Part shown: in pieces, positions 42,685 to 51,692 of the stretch
Position numbering within the stretch: the stretch's first letter is position 1
Layout: every line of letters begins with the position of its first letter
NCBI GenBank assembly: GCA_040510855.1
Contig: JBEVIG010000158.1
Location: 1 to 61,473, forward strand
Direction: 5' to 3'
Source of the DNA: Solirubrobacteraceae bacterium
Lineage (GTDB): Bacteria > Actinomycetota > Thermoleophilia > Solirubrobacterales > Solirubrobacteraceae
Length of the DNA stretch: 61,473 bases
Translations under genes and position numbers: made by a program
Notes under the pieces: model-generated
Databases searched by the model: none
Seen by the model: the letters and a program-made list of their open reading frames with translations, nothing else
Told to the model about the DNA's origin: nothing

Positions 42685-43158
42685 TCAGAGCCCGATGCTC
42701 GGCGGGCTGATCTCGTCGGGCGAGTGCGTGACGCGCCGCAGCTCCCCCTCGACGACGGCGTAGTCGCCGATCGCACGGAGCGGCGGCGAGTACACGTGGA
42801 GGGTGACCGAGCCGGCGTCGTGGACCATGCGGTGGATGCGGTCCGGGCCGAGCGAGAAGGAGTCGCCCGCGGAGAACCGGCGCAGGGTCGGGGCGCCGGT
42901 GAGCGAGATGCCGTCGTTGCTGGCGGTGCCCTCGATCACGTGCACGCCGACGCTGGAGCCGTCGTGATCGTGGAATCCCGCCTCGCGGGACTCCGGCCAG
43001 ACGTTGAGCCAGCCCTCGGAGTGTGCGGTCCGCCAGAGCAGGGAGAAGCTCCCCTCACCCGTCGCGTCGGGAGCGGCGACGACCGCCGCGACGGTCCGCG
43101 CGACTGCCGCGCACTCGGCGGGCTTTAGGACGCGATCCGGAACGTGCTCTTCGTACAT
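42685..43158 (-). CDS. Cupin-fold protein (cysteine dioxygenase type I-like)
   Basis: GFHDHDGSSVGVHVIEG and IHRMVH metal-site-like histidines in a roughly 157-aa cupin. Confidence 0.6.
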   Translation of the reverse strand: MYEEHVPDRVLKPAECAAVARTVAAVVAAPDATGEGSFSLLWRTAHSEGWLNVWPESREAGFHDHDGSSVGVHVIEGTASNDGISLTGAPTLRRFSAGDSFSLGPDRIHRMVHDAGSVTLHVYSPPLRAIGDYAVVEGELRRVTHSPDEISPPSIGL

Positions 43159-43182
43159 GGCCGCAGTCTGCCAGCCGGAGCC

Positions 43183-43599
43183 TCACGCCTCCGCCGGGAC
43201 CCGCTCGCGCAGTGTGAGGACGATCGCCAGCACCGGCAGCGCCAGCACGGTGGCCAGGACGAAGATCAGCGCGATCGCGTCGCCGGCGCCGAAGCCGTCC
43301 AGGTGCATCGCGTGATAGACGACGTGCAGCAGCGCCGAGACCGACCACGCGGAGGCGAGCGGGAGGACCAGCTCGCGCGACGGCCGCCACGCCGCCCACG
43401 CGAACAGGATCGTGAACGCGAGGTAGAAGTCGCCGACGTCGTGGATCAGGTGCTCGTTGTACGGCGGCAGCATCTGCACCCAGGCGCGGCCGAGCGGGAA
43501 GTCGTCGTAGAAGGACGTCGGCGAGATCGTGGCCTGCAGGCCCGGGACCGCGGCCGAGAACGCCAGGCACGCGAGCGTCACCCGCAGCAGGCTCGTCAT
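43183..43599 (-). CDS. Hypothetical membrane protein
   Basis: ATG follows GGAGG. ATGA overlap with the upstream NmrA-like gene. Four hydrophobic helices. Confidence 0.6.
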   Translation of the reverse strand: MTSLLRVTLACLAFSAAVPGLQATISPTSFYDDFPLGRAWVQMLPPYNEHLIHDVGDFYLAFTILFAWAAWRPSRELVLPLASAWSVSALLHVVYHAMHLDGFGAGDAIALIFVLATVLALPVLAIVLTLRERVPAEA

Positions 43600-44309
43600 G
43601 TCGCCTCCAGCCACGTGTCGAAGGTCACGGTGCCGCGCCTCGCGCCCGGGTTCGTCAGCCCGCCCGAGCGCAGCGCGCGGGTCACGGGCAGGCGCACGGG
43701 CACCGCGTGCGAGCCCGTCCGCCGGCGCCAGCGCCGCGCCAGCTCGCACCCGCTCAGCACCTCCGGGCCCGCGAACTGCCTGATCGCCAGCGCCGGCTCG
43801 GCCTCGGCCGTCTCGGCCAGCACGCGGCCGACCTCGCGCGGATCCACCGGCTGGATCGGGAACTCCAGGCAGGGCACGATGCCGAGCTTCGCACTGGCCG
43901 CGAAGGTCCGCGCGATGAACGGGTGGAACTGCGTCGCGCGCACGATCGTCCACGGGATCCCCGAGTGCTCGATCAGCTTCTCCTGCTCGCGCTTGGCCTT
44001 GTAGTAGCGGCCGCCGACGCGGTCGACGCCGACGATCGAGATGCCGACGCAGTGATGCGCCCCGGCCTCCTTCGCGGCGCCGAGCAGCCGCGCCGTGCCG
44101 TCCACGAGCACGCTGCGCTTGCCGTTGGCGGCGTCCACCACCACCTCGACGCCGTCGAGCGCGGCGGCGAGCCCGCTGCCGTCGCGCAGGTCGACGGGGT
44201 GCTCCGGCGCGTGCCGCGACAGGATGCGCACCTCGTGCCCCCGGCGCTCGAGCTCGCGCGCCGCCTCGGCGCCGACGGTTCCGGTTCCACCTGCGATCGC
44301 GATCCTCAT
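43596..44309 (-). CDS. NAD(P)H-binding atypical SDR (NmrA-like)
   Basis: MRIAIAGGTGTVG Rossmann start, and YYKAKREQEKLIEHSGIPWTIVRATQF. Confidence 0.8.
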   Translation of the reverse strand: MRIAIAGGTGTVGAEAARELERRGHEVRILSRHAPEHPVDLRDGSGLAAALDGVEVVVDAANGKRSVLVDGTARLLGAAKEAGAHHCVGISIVGVDRVGGRYYKAKREQEKLIEHSGIPWTIVRATQFHPFIARTFAASAKLGIVPCLEFPIQPVDPREVGRVLAETAEAEPALAIRQFAGPEVLSGCELARRWRRRTGSHAVPVRLPVTRALRSGGLTNPGARRGTVTFDTWLEAT

Positions 44310-44365
44310 GCCGAGTGGGACCGGACAGGGCCGCGCGATGTGACACGGCGGGTAGGCTGCCCGCG

Positions 44366-44752
44366 ATGCTCTCCGATGGCTTCCGCGCCGCGGTCGAACG
44401 ACGGGACGTCGAGCAGGCACGCGAGCTGTTCCGCGAGGACGCGGCCTTCCGCAGCCCGGTGCTGTTCAAGCCCTATGAAGGTCGCGATCAGGTCATGAGG
44501 GTCCTGCGAGCGGCGGAGCAGGTGCTCGGCATGGGCGGCACGTTCCGGTACGTGCACCAGCTCGAGGATGCGGACGATCGCGTGGCGATCCTGGAATTCG
44601 CGACCGAGGTCGACGGGAAGCTCGTCGAGGGGATCGACAAGCTCACGTTCGACGAGGACGGCCTGATCACCGAGCTGAAGGTCATGATCCGCCCGGCCTC
44701 GGCGCTGCAGGTCGTCGGGGCGAAGATGGCGGAGGAGTTCGCGAAGGGCTGA
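44366..44752 (+). CDS. SnoaL/NTF2-like fold protein
   Basis: 128 aa. [22 protein letters not shown] is typical of SnoaL-like proteins. Confidence 0.6.
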   Translation: MLSDGFRAAVERRDVEQARELFREDAAFRSPVLFKPYEGRDQVMRVLRAAEQVLGMGGTFRYVHQLEDADDRVAILEFATEVDGKLVEGIDKLTFDEDGLITELKVMIRPASALQVVGAKMAEEFAKG

Positions 44753-44801
44753 GTACTGCACAATGGCTCGACCACCGAGCTTCGGATCACTGGAGAGCAC
44801 G

Positions 44802-45317
44802 ATGAGCGACAACGCCGAGACCGCCATCCTCGCGGGAGGCTGCTTCTGGGGCGTCGAGGAGCTGCTGCGCCACCGCGACGGCGTCATCTCGACCCGGGTC
44901 GGCTACACGGGCGGGCAGAACGACAACCCGACCTACAGGAACCATCCGGGCCACGCCGAGGCGGTCGAGATCGTGTTCGACCCCGCGCGGATCTCCTACC
45001 GGGACATCCTGGAGTTCTTCTTCCAGATCCACGATCCGACGACGAAGGACCGCCAGGGCAACGACATCGGGTCGAGCTACCGCTCGGAGATCTTCTACAC
45101 GAGCGAGGAGCAGCGTCAGGTCGCCGAGGACACGATCGCCGACGTCGAGGCCTCGGGCCTGTGGCCCGGCAAGGTCGTGACCGAGGTCAGCGAGGCGGTG
45201 CCGTTCTGGGAGGCCGAGCCGGAGCACCAGGACTACCTCCAGCGCTACCCGAACGGCTACACCTGCCACTTCCCGCGGCCGGGCTGGAAGCTGCCCCACC
45301 GCGAGACCGCCGCCTGA
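44802..45317 (+). CDS. msrA: Peptide-methionine (S)-S-oxide reductase
   Basis: Catalytic GGCFWG motif, then [20 protein letters not shown] and [18 protein letters not shown]. Confidence 0.9.
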   Translation: MSDNAETAILAGGCFWGVEELLRHRDGVISTRVGYTGGQNDNPTYRNHPGHAEAVEIVFDPARISYRDILEFFFQIHDPTTKDRQGNDIGSSYRSEIFYTSEEQRQVAEDTIADVEASGLWPGKVVTEVSEAVPFWEAEPEHQDYLQRYPNGYTCHFPRPGWKLPHRETAA

Positions 45318-45323
45318 CGGCAC

Positions 45324-46238
45324 TCACGCGAGGCTGGCCGCGAAGCCCTCCCGCCAGCTCGGGTAGCGCGGCGTCCACCCGAGCTCGCGCCTCGCCTTCG
45401 CGTTGGAGGCGGCGCGCAGCGACATCTCCGGGACGTACGGCGGGGGCGGCTCCTCCGCCGCCGGCGGCGGACCGGCGCGCAGCGCCTCCGCCAGGACCGG
45501 GAGCCATTCCGGCTGCGGCGCGGGCTCGTCGTCGGCGATGTTGTAGATCCCCGGCGCTCCCCGCTCGAGCGCGGCGACGGCCGCCGACGCGGCGTCCTCC
45601 ACGTGCAGCCAGCTGTACATGCCGGGGGCGTCCGCGACGAGCGGGATGCGACCCGCGAGGACGTCGGCGGCGGTCGCGCCGCGCCGGTCGTGATACGTGC
45701 CGGGGCCGTAGAGCATCCCGTAGCGCAGCACGACCCCCTCGATCCCCTCCGTGCCCGTGACGCGCTGCTCGAGCTCGGCGACGGCCGCGACGCCGGCGCC
45801 GATCGGCGGCGGCGCGTCGGTGAACAGCGCCGCGTCCTCCTCCTTCACGAAGTCGCCCGTCGGCGCGTACGCGAACGCGATGCTCTGCGCGACGATGCGG
45901 CGTGCGCCGGTCGCGAGCGCGGCGTCGACGAGGTTCCGCGTCCCCTCGATCCGCACACGGTTGTTCGCGTCGAACGTCGCCGGGTCCGCCCAGTCGATCC
46001 GCGTCGGCAGCGCGGTCAGCTGGTGGATCACCGCCTCGGGCCTCGCGGCGGCCATCGCCGCCTGCACCCCGTCGGCGTCGAAGGCGTCGCAGACGACGGG
46101 ATGGGCGCCGACCGCCTCCAGCCGCGAGGCGCGCAGCACCGAGCGCGTCATCGCCGTCACGTCGTGTCCCGCGTCCAGGAGCTGCGGCACCAGCGCGTTG
46201 CCGACCACGCCCGTGGCGCCGGCCAGGAAGACCCGCAT
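45324..46238 (-). CDS. NAD-dependent epimerase/dehydratase-family protein
   Basis: MRVFLAGATGVVG Rossmann motif; 304 aa. Confidence 0.8.
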   Translation of the reverse strand: MRVFLAGATGVVGNALVPQLLDAGHDVTAMTRSVLRASRLEAVGAHPVVCDAFDADGVQAAMAAARPEAVIHQLTALPTRIDWADPATFDANNRVRIEGTRNLVDAALATGARRIVAQSIAFAYAPTGDFVKEEDAALFTDAPPPIGAGVAAVAELEQRVTGTEGIEGVVLRYGMLYGPGTYHDRRGATAADVLAGRIPLVADAPGMYSWLHVEDAASAAVAALERGAPGIYNIADDEPAPQPEWLPVLAEALRAGPPPAAEEPPPPYVPEMSLRAASNAKARRELGWTPRYPSWREGFAASLA

Positions 46239-46283
46239 GGCGGGAGCCTACTCCGGGTCTCGAAGAACGCGTACGGTCACGGC

Positions 46284-47066
46284 ATGAGCCCCTCACAATC
46301 GGCGGATCTCGACAGTCGCTGCGACGTGCTGCGGTCGCTGCACCGTCCCGGTGAACCCCTGCTGCTTCCGAACGCCTGGGATGTGGCCACGGCGAGGTCG
46401 GTGGTCGACGCCGGGTTCCCCGTCGTCGCGACCACGAGCGGCGGCGTCGCCGGGACGCTCGGCTACGCGGACCACGAGGACGCGCCGGGCGAGGAGATGC
46501 TCGCCGCCGCGGCGCGGATCGTGCGTGGCGTCGACGTGCCCGTGACCGTGGACGCGGAGGCGGGCTACGGCATGGAGCCCGCCCAGCTGGTGGACAGGTT
46601 GCGCAGCGCCGGGGCCGCCGGCTGCAACCTCGAGGACACGGATCACGCCGCGGGCAGCCTGCGCGATCCCGCGCGGCACGCGGAGTGGCTCGGGGCGGTC
46701 CGGCAGGCCGCGGCGGATGCGGGCTACCCGCTCGTCATCAACGCACGGGTCGACGTGTTCGTCGGCCCGTTCTTCGCCGGCGCCGGGCCCGGGACCCAGG
46801 CGGGGCTCGTGCCCGTGGCGCTCGAGCGGGCGAACGCGTACCTCGAGGCCGGCGTGGACTGCGTGTACCCGATCGCGCTCTGGGAGCCGGACGCGCTGCG
46901 CGCCTTCACCGCGGAGGTGCGCGGTCCGGTGAACATCATGCGCCTGCCGCAGGCGCCGTCGCTCGAGGACCTCGCCGCGGCCGGCGTGGCCCGGGTGAGC
47001 TGGGCGACCCTGCTCTACCTGGGCGCGATGGCCCGCTTCAAGGAGGAGCTCGCCGGACTCGGCTAG
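46284..47066 (+). CDS. Isocitrate lyase / PEP mutase-superfamily protein
   Basis: LLLPNAWDVATAR, VPVTVDAEAGYG and AGCNLED motifs. Confidence 0.8.
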   Translation: MSPSQSADLDSRCDVLRSLHRPGEPLLLPNAWDVATARSVVDAGFPVVATTSGGVAGTLGYADHEDAPGEEMLAAAARIVRGVDVPVTVDAEAGYGMEPAQLVDRLRSAGAAGCNLEDTDHAAGSLRDPARHAEWLGAVRQAAADAGYPLVINARVDVFVGPFFAGAGPGTQAGLVPVALERANAYLEAGVDCVYPIALWEPDALRAFTAEVRGPVNIMRLPQAPSLEDLAAAGVARVSWATLLYLGAMARFKEELAGLG

Positions 47067-49825
47067 ACGGTCCCGAGGACAGCCTGATCGGACATGTCCA
47101 TGAGCGCGGCGCGCAGCTCCTTGCGGCTGCCCACGTCGAGCTTCCGGAACACCTTGCGGAGGTGGTACTCGACCGTGCGCGGGCTGATGAAGAGCTGCGC
47201 GCCGATCTCCGGGTTGGTGTGACCGTCGCGGACCAGCAGCGCGACCTGGACCTCCTGGGGCGTCAGGGCGTCGCGCGTGTCCGCGGTGATCCGGCGCCCG
47301 GTCGCGCCCGGCGCGAGCAGCTCGCGGCGGGCGCGCTCCGCGAATGCGGCCGCGCCGCTGTGGCTGACGGTCTCGTGGGCGGCGCGCAGGACCTCGCGCG
47401 CGTCCGCCCGCCGGTTCCCGCGCCGCAGCCACTCCCCGTAGACGAGCCGGCTGCGCGCGAGATCGATCGCCGCGCGGCTGCGCGCGAGGCGCTCGATCGA
47501 CTCGCGGTAGAGGGCCTCGTCGTCGCTCAGCAGCGCGCCGCAGCGCGCCTCGATCCCGAGCGCCCACTCGGTGCCGACCGCCCGGGTGCGCTCGCGCAGC
47601 CGCTCGAGCGCCGCAGCGGCCTCGTCCGGCCGGCCGTCGCGCACGCCGGCCTCGACCAGCTCGACGAGGGCGCAGCCGTACGCCATCACGTCCTCGCGCT
47701 CGCAGGCCCGCTTCGCGTCCACGAGCGCCTCGCCGTAGCGGCCGTGGCTGTTGTGCCGCATCGCGGTGAGCCAGAAGAACAGGCCGACCGACGCGCCCTC
47801 GCCGCGCGCCATCCCGTTCTGCCACGAGTACTCGAAGAGCGGCGGCGCCGGCTCACCGCGCGCGGCGGCCAGCCGGCAGGCGGCGTAGAGGAGCGGCGGG
47901 AGCCCGGTCGCCTTCGTGATCGCATCGACCTCCTCGACCAGGGCCGCGGCCGAGGCGAAGGCGCCGGCGTGGATGTGGAAGGCGGCGAGATGGTTGGCCA
48001 CGACGGGGAGCAGGCTCAGCGCGCCGGCCTCGCGCGCGACGCGGACGCCGTGGCCGGCGAGCGCGTGCCACAGCTCGTCGTCCCACAGGTCCTGGGCGAG
48101 GCGGCATGCCAGCCACAGCCAGCGCCGGTCCTCCGGTCCCCCGGTGGACTCGCCGATCAGCCGCAGCGCCCGCGACAGCGGCTCCACGGAGGCCGCGTAG
48201 CCCTCGGTGTAGCGCGTCACCAGCGCCTCGAGGAGCAGGTCGGCCGTGGTCGCGGGGGGCTCCGGCCCGAGTGACGCGCGTGCCGCCTCGGCCACCTCCC
48301 GCTCGTCCGGACCGCTGCCGAGGCGCCCGGCGAACATCGCCGACGCGATCGCCTCGAGGTAGGTCTCGCGGGCCAGCTCCGGGTCCAGGGGCTCGAGCCG
48401 CCGCGCCGCCTCGAGCAGGAGCGGCGGCGCGTCGCGCCCGCGCCGGCTGATGAACGCGATCTCCGCGCGCAACCGCTCCAGCCGCGCGCGACGGAGCTCG
48501 TCGACCGGGCCGAGCTCGGCGGCGGCGAGGAGCTCGGACGCGGACGGGGCGTCGGCGACGTCGAGCTTCGCCTGGGCCGCGGTGAGGGAGCGCTCGACGC
48601 GCACGGCCGGGTCCGGCGTGAGCTCCGCCGCCCGCTGGAGGAACGCGGCGGCCGCGGCCAGCCCACCCCGGGCCTGCGCGCGGTCGGCCGAGCGCAGCAT
48701 CTCGGCGGCGACCGCCTCGTCGGGCGTCGCCGTCGCGTGGGCGCGATGCCAGGCACGGCGGTCGGGATCGAGGACCGGGTCGGTCGACTCGGCGAGCGCA
48801 AGGTGCACGTCGCGGCGGTCGCTCGGGTTCGCCGCGCGGTAGACCGCCGACCGGACGAGCGGATGCGGGAAGCGCACGCGGACGCCGAACTCGATGAGCC
48901 GCGCGGCCTCGGCCGACCGCCCGGCGTCGCCGTCGATGCCGAGGCGCTCGGCGGCGCGCCACAGCAGGCTCAGGTCGCCCACCGGCTCGGCCGCCGCGGT
49001 CAGGAGGAGCAGCTGGGCGTCGCGCGGGAGCGGCTCCACGCGCTGGAGGTAGCGGTGCTCGATGCGGCTCGCGAGCGGGCGCGCGTCGGGCAGGCCGAAC
49101 CCGCCGGCGAGCTCCGCCGGCGTCAATCCCTGCGGCAGCTCGATCAGCGCGAGCGGGTTGCCGCCCGCCTCGCCGAGGATCCGCGCCTTGACCCGCTCGT
49201 CGATCGGCCCGGGGATCGAGGTGTCCAGCAGCAGCCGGGCGTCGTCGGCGGCGAGCCCCTCGATCACGAGCTCCGGCAACCCGTCGAGCACGCGCTCGCC
49301 GCCGGTCTCGCGCACCGCGAACACCAGTCCCAGCCGCTCGGCCAGGAGCCGGCGCGCCACGAAGGCCAGCGTCTCCGCCGACACTCGGTCGAGCCACTGC
49401 GCGTCGTCGATGATGCAGACGAGCGGCTTCTCCTCGGCGGCGTCCGCCAGGAGGCTCAGGACCGCCAGCCCGACGAGGAAGCGATCCGGCGGCGGCCCGG
49501 CGCTCAAGCCGAACGCCGTGCTCAGCGCTTCGCGCTGCGGGTGCGGCAGGTTCCCGATGCGGCCGAGCATCGGCGCGCAGAGCGCGTGCAGGCCCGCGAA
49601 CGGGAGCTCCATCTCGGACTCGACGCCCGCCGCCCGGGCGACGCGGCACGCGTCCGCGGCCCCAGACAGGTGCCGCAGCAGGGCGGTCTTCCCGACGCCC
49701 GCCTCGCCGCGGAGGACCAACACGCGGCCCTGGCCGGCGCGCACGGCCGCGACGAGTCGCTCCAGCACATCGCGCTCGCTCTCACGGTCGAGGAACCCCG
49801 CTGGTGGCCGGGCGGCGTCGAGCAT
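47063..49825 (-). CDS. LuxR-family STAND regulator (AAA ATPase, helical repeats, GerE HTH), paralog A
   Basis: Walker A GEAGVGKTALL and DDAQWLD. C-terminal HTH NPEIGAQLFISPRTVEYHLRKVF. Start set at ATG 49825 by homology with paralog B; the ORF track starts at 49837. Confidence 0.85.
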   Translation of the reverse strand: MLDAARPPAGFLDRESERDVLERLVAAVRAGQGRVLVLRGEAGVGKTALLRHLSGAADACRVARAAGVESEMELPFAGLHALCAPMLGRIGNLPHPQREALSTAFGLSAGPPPDRFLVGLAVLSLLADAAEEKPLVCIIDDAQWLDRVSAETLAFVARRLLAERLGLVFAVRETGGERVLDGLPELVIEGLAADDARLLLDTSIPGPIDERVKARILGEAGGNPLALIELPQGLTPAELAGGFGLPDARPLASRIEHRYLQRVEPLPRDAQLLLLTAAAEPVGDLSLLWRAAERLGIDGDAGRSAEAARLIEFGVRVRFPHPLVRSAVYRAANPSDRRDVHLALAESTDPVLDPDRRAWHRAHATATPDEAVAAEMLRSADRAQARGGLAAAAAFLQRAAELTPDPAVRVERSLTAAQAKLDVADAPSASELLAAAELGPVDELRRARLERLRAEIAFISRRGRDAPPLLLEAARRLEPLDPELARETYLEAIASAMFAGRLGSGPDEREVAEAARASLGPEPPATTADLLLEALVTRYTEGYAASVEPLSRALRLIGESTGGPEDRRWLWLACRLAQDLWDDELWHALAGHGVRVAREAGALSLLPVVANHLAAFHIHAGAFASAAALVEEVDAITKATGLPPLLYAACRLAAARGEPAPPLFEYSWQNGMARGEGASVGLFFWLTAMRHNSHGRYGEALVDAKRACEREDVMAYGCALVELVEAGVRDGRPDEAAAALERLRERTRAVGTEWALGIEARCGALLSDDEALYRESIERLARSRAAIDLARSRLVYGEWLRRGNRRADAREVLRAAHETVSHSGAAAFAERARRELLAPGATGRRITADTRDALTPQEVQVALLVRDGHTNPEIGAQLFISPRTVEYHLRKVFRKLDVGSRKELRAALMDMSDQAVLGTV

Positions 49826-49859
49826 GCCCGCGCGCATTATCCAGGGAGACGGGGCCTGT

Positions 49860-49872
49860 CACGAATCGGCGG
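49860..49872 (-). promoter_or_regulatory. Conserved upstream box CCGCCGATTCGTG of LuxR paralog A (with GATAAT at 49836-49841)
   Basis: The same 13-mer and a GATAATG element recur upstream of paralog B. GATAAT lies 10 nt before ATG 49825. Confidence 0.5.
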
Positions 49873-49949
49873 GCTGTCCGGTCCTCGGTGATGACCGCCC
49901 GGCCGGCTCGCGCCGCAGCCGGGACTCCCAGCCGAAAGGACCGTTTTCC

Positions 49950-50663
49950 ATGTCCTGCACGATCGTCCTCGTCCACGGCGCCTTCGCCGAGTCGGCGAGC
50001 TGGGACGGCGTGATCGACCCGTTGACGGCGGAGGGCCACCGCGTCGTCGCGGCGGCCAACCCGCTCCGCGGCGTCGCGTCCGACGCCGCCGCCGTCAGCG
50101 ACCTCGTCCGCACGATCGAGGGGCCGGTCGTGCTCGTGGCCCACTCGTACGGCGGCGCCGTCATCTCGAACGTCGATGCGGACGCCGGCGACATCGTCGG
50201 GCTCGTCTACGTCAACGGCTTCGCCCCGGAGGCCGGCGAGCACTGCTTCCAGCTCGCCGCCATGTACCCGGGCAGCCGGCTCGGGGAGCAGACGGCACGG
50301 CCGATCCCGCGCGCCGACGGCGGCGTCGATCTGTCGATCGCGCCGGAGCACTTCCACGAGATCTTCTGCCAGGACCTGCCGGCGCCGGAGGCCGCGCGCA
50401 TGGCCGCGACCCAGCGGCCGGCCGCCCAGGCGGCGCTCGTCGAGCCGTCGGGCGAGCCGCTCTGGCGGACCGTGCCGTCCTGGTTCGTGATCGGCGAGGC
50501 GGACCGGATCATCCCCGCCGAGCTCCAGCGGCACATGGCCCTCCGCGCTCGCGCGCACCGGGAGATGGTGATCGGGAACGCGTCGCACGCGCTGCCCGTC
50601 TCGCGCCCCGACGCCGCCGTGCACCCGATCCTCGAGGCCGCCGCGCTGCGCGTGGCGGCGTAG
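49950..50663 (+). CDS. Alpha/beta hydrolase
   Basis: ATG follows GAAAGGA. IVLVHGAF and the nucleophile elbow AHSYGG. Confidence 0.8.
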   Translation: MSCTIVLVHGAFAESASWDGVIDPLTAEGHRVVAAANPLRGVASDAAAVSDLVRTIEGPVVLVAHSYGGAVISNVDADAGDIVGLVYVNGFAPEAGEHCFQLAAMYPGSRLGEQTARPIPRADGGVDLSIAPEHFHEIFCQDLPAPEAARMAATQRPAAQAALVEPSGEPLWRTVPSWFVIGEADRIIPAELQRHMALRARAHREMVIGNASHALPVSRPDAAVHPILEAAALRVAA

Positions 50664-50684
50664 TCGCCAAGGGAGACGCAACCA

Positions 50685-51443
50685 ATGAAGATCGTGGTCA
50701 TCGGCGGCACCGGGCTCATCGGCTCGCAGGTCGTCACCAAGCTTGGCGAGCACGGGCACGAGGCGATCGCCGCGTCCCCGGACTCCGGCGTCGACACCAT
50801 CACGGGCGAGGGCCTGGCCCAGGTGCTCGAGGGCGCCGACGTGGTCATCGACGTCTCGAACTCGCGGTCGTGCGAGGACCCGGCGGTGCTCGACATCTTC
50901 CGGACGGCGCCCCGCCACCCGCACCCCCCCGCCGGGGTCGCCGGCGTGGGCCACCACGTGGCGCTGTCGGTGGTCGGCACGGAGCGCCTGGCCGACAAGG
51001 GCTACTTCCACGCCAAGCGCGTGCAGGAGCAGCTGATCGAGGCGTCCCCGATCCCGTACTCGATCGTGCACGCGACGCAGTTCTTCGAGTTCCTGAAGAG
51101 CATCGCCGCCCTCGCGACCGATGGCGACACGGTCCGGCTCCCGCCGGTCCAGTTCCAGCCGATGGCCGCCGAGGACGTCGCGAAGGCCGTCGCCCGGGTC
51201 TCGGTCGGGCCGCCGCTGAACGGGATCGTCGACGTCGCGGGCCCGGAGAGGTTCCGCATGGACGAGCTCGTCCGCGAGGCGCTGCAGGCCCGCGACGACC
51301 CGCGGCAGGTCGTCGCGGACCCCGAGGCGCGGTACTACGCGAGCTACCGGGTCGACGACCGCACGCTCGTGCCCGCGGGCGACGCCATCCTCGGCGAGAT
51401 CCGCTTCCGCGACTGGCTCGCCCGCCAGCTCGCGGTCGCGTGA
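50685..51443 (+). CDS. NAD(P)H-binding atypical SDR (NmrA-like)
   Basis: MKIVVIGGTGLIG, and YFHAKRVQEQLIEASPIPYSIVHATQFFEF. Paralogous to 43596-44309. Confidence 0.8.
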   Translation: MKIVVIGGTGLIGSQVVTKLGEHGHEAIAASPDSGVDTITGEGLAQVLEGADVVIDVSNSRSCEDPAVLDIFRTAPRHPHPPAGVAGVGHHVALSVVGTERLADKGYFHAKRVQEQLIEASPIPYSIVHATQFFEFLKSIAALATDGDTVRLPPVQFQPMAAEDVAKAVARVSVGPPLNGIVDVAGPERFRMDELVREALQARDDPRQVVADPEARYYASYRVDDRTLVPAGDAILGEIRFRDWLARQLAVA

Positions 51444-51444
51444 C

Positions 51445-51666
51445 GTGATGCCGCCGGTCCGGGTGGTCGCCGTCGGTCCCGGGGAGGGATCCGACGTCGG
51501 CGCCGAGCTCTGGCTCGGCGATGAGCGGATGGCCGACACCGTCGTCTACGACGGGCGCCTGCACCTCCGCATCGTCCCCCGGGCCGACGGCCGGCCGTGG
51601 CTGATCGAGAGCGCCGGCCTGACCCTCGCCCTCGAGCGCGCGGCGCGTGAGGTCGCCGGGGAGTGA
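51445..51666 (+). CDS. Conserved micro-protein, copy S1 (72-73 aa)
   Basis: Starts 1-4 nt after the upstream stop. 26/72 ungapped identities to the ORF at 59977-60195. Shared core GRLHLR..PR.DG.PW. Confidence 0.6.
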   Translation: MMPPVRVVAVGPGEGSDVGAELWLGDERMADTVVYDGRLHLRIVPRADGRPWLIESAGLTLALERAAREVAGE

Positions 51667-51692
51667 CCCCACCACCGAACCAGGAGGCACCG

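Noticed and set aside
50880-50945. Odd Pro/His-rich stretch (FRTAPRHPHPPAGVAG, with a C7 run) inside the NmrA-like SDR, possibly a compensated double frameshift.
   Set aside because: The frame stays open and conserved motifs resume straight after it. I cannot demonstrate a shift without aligned homologs, so this is only worth a check against read data.
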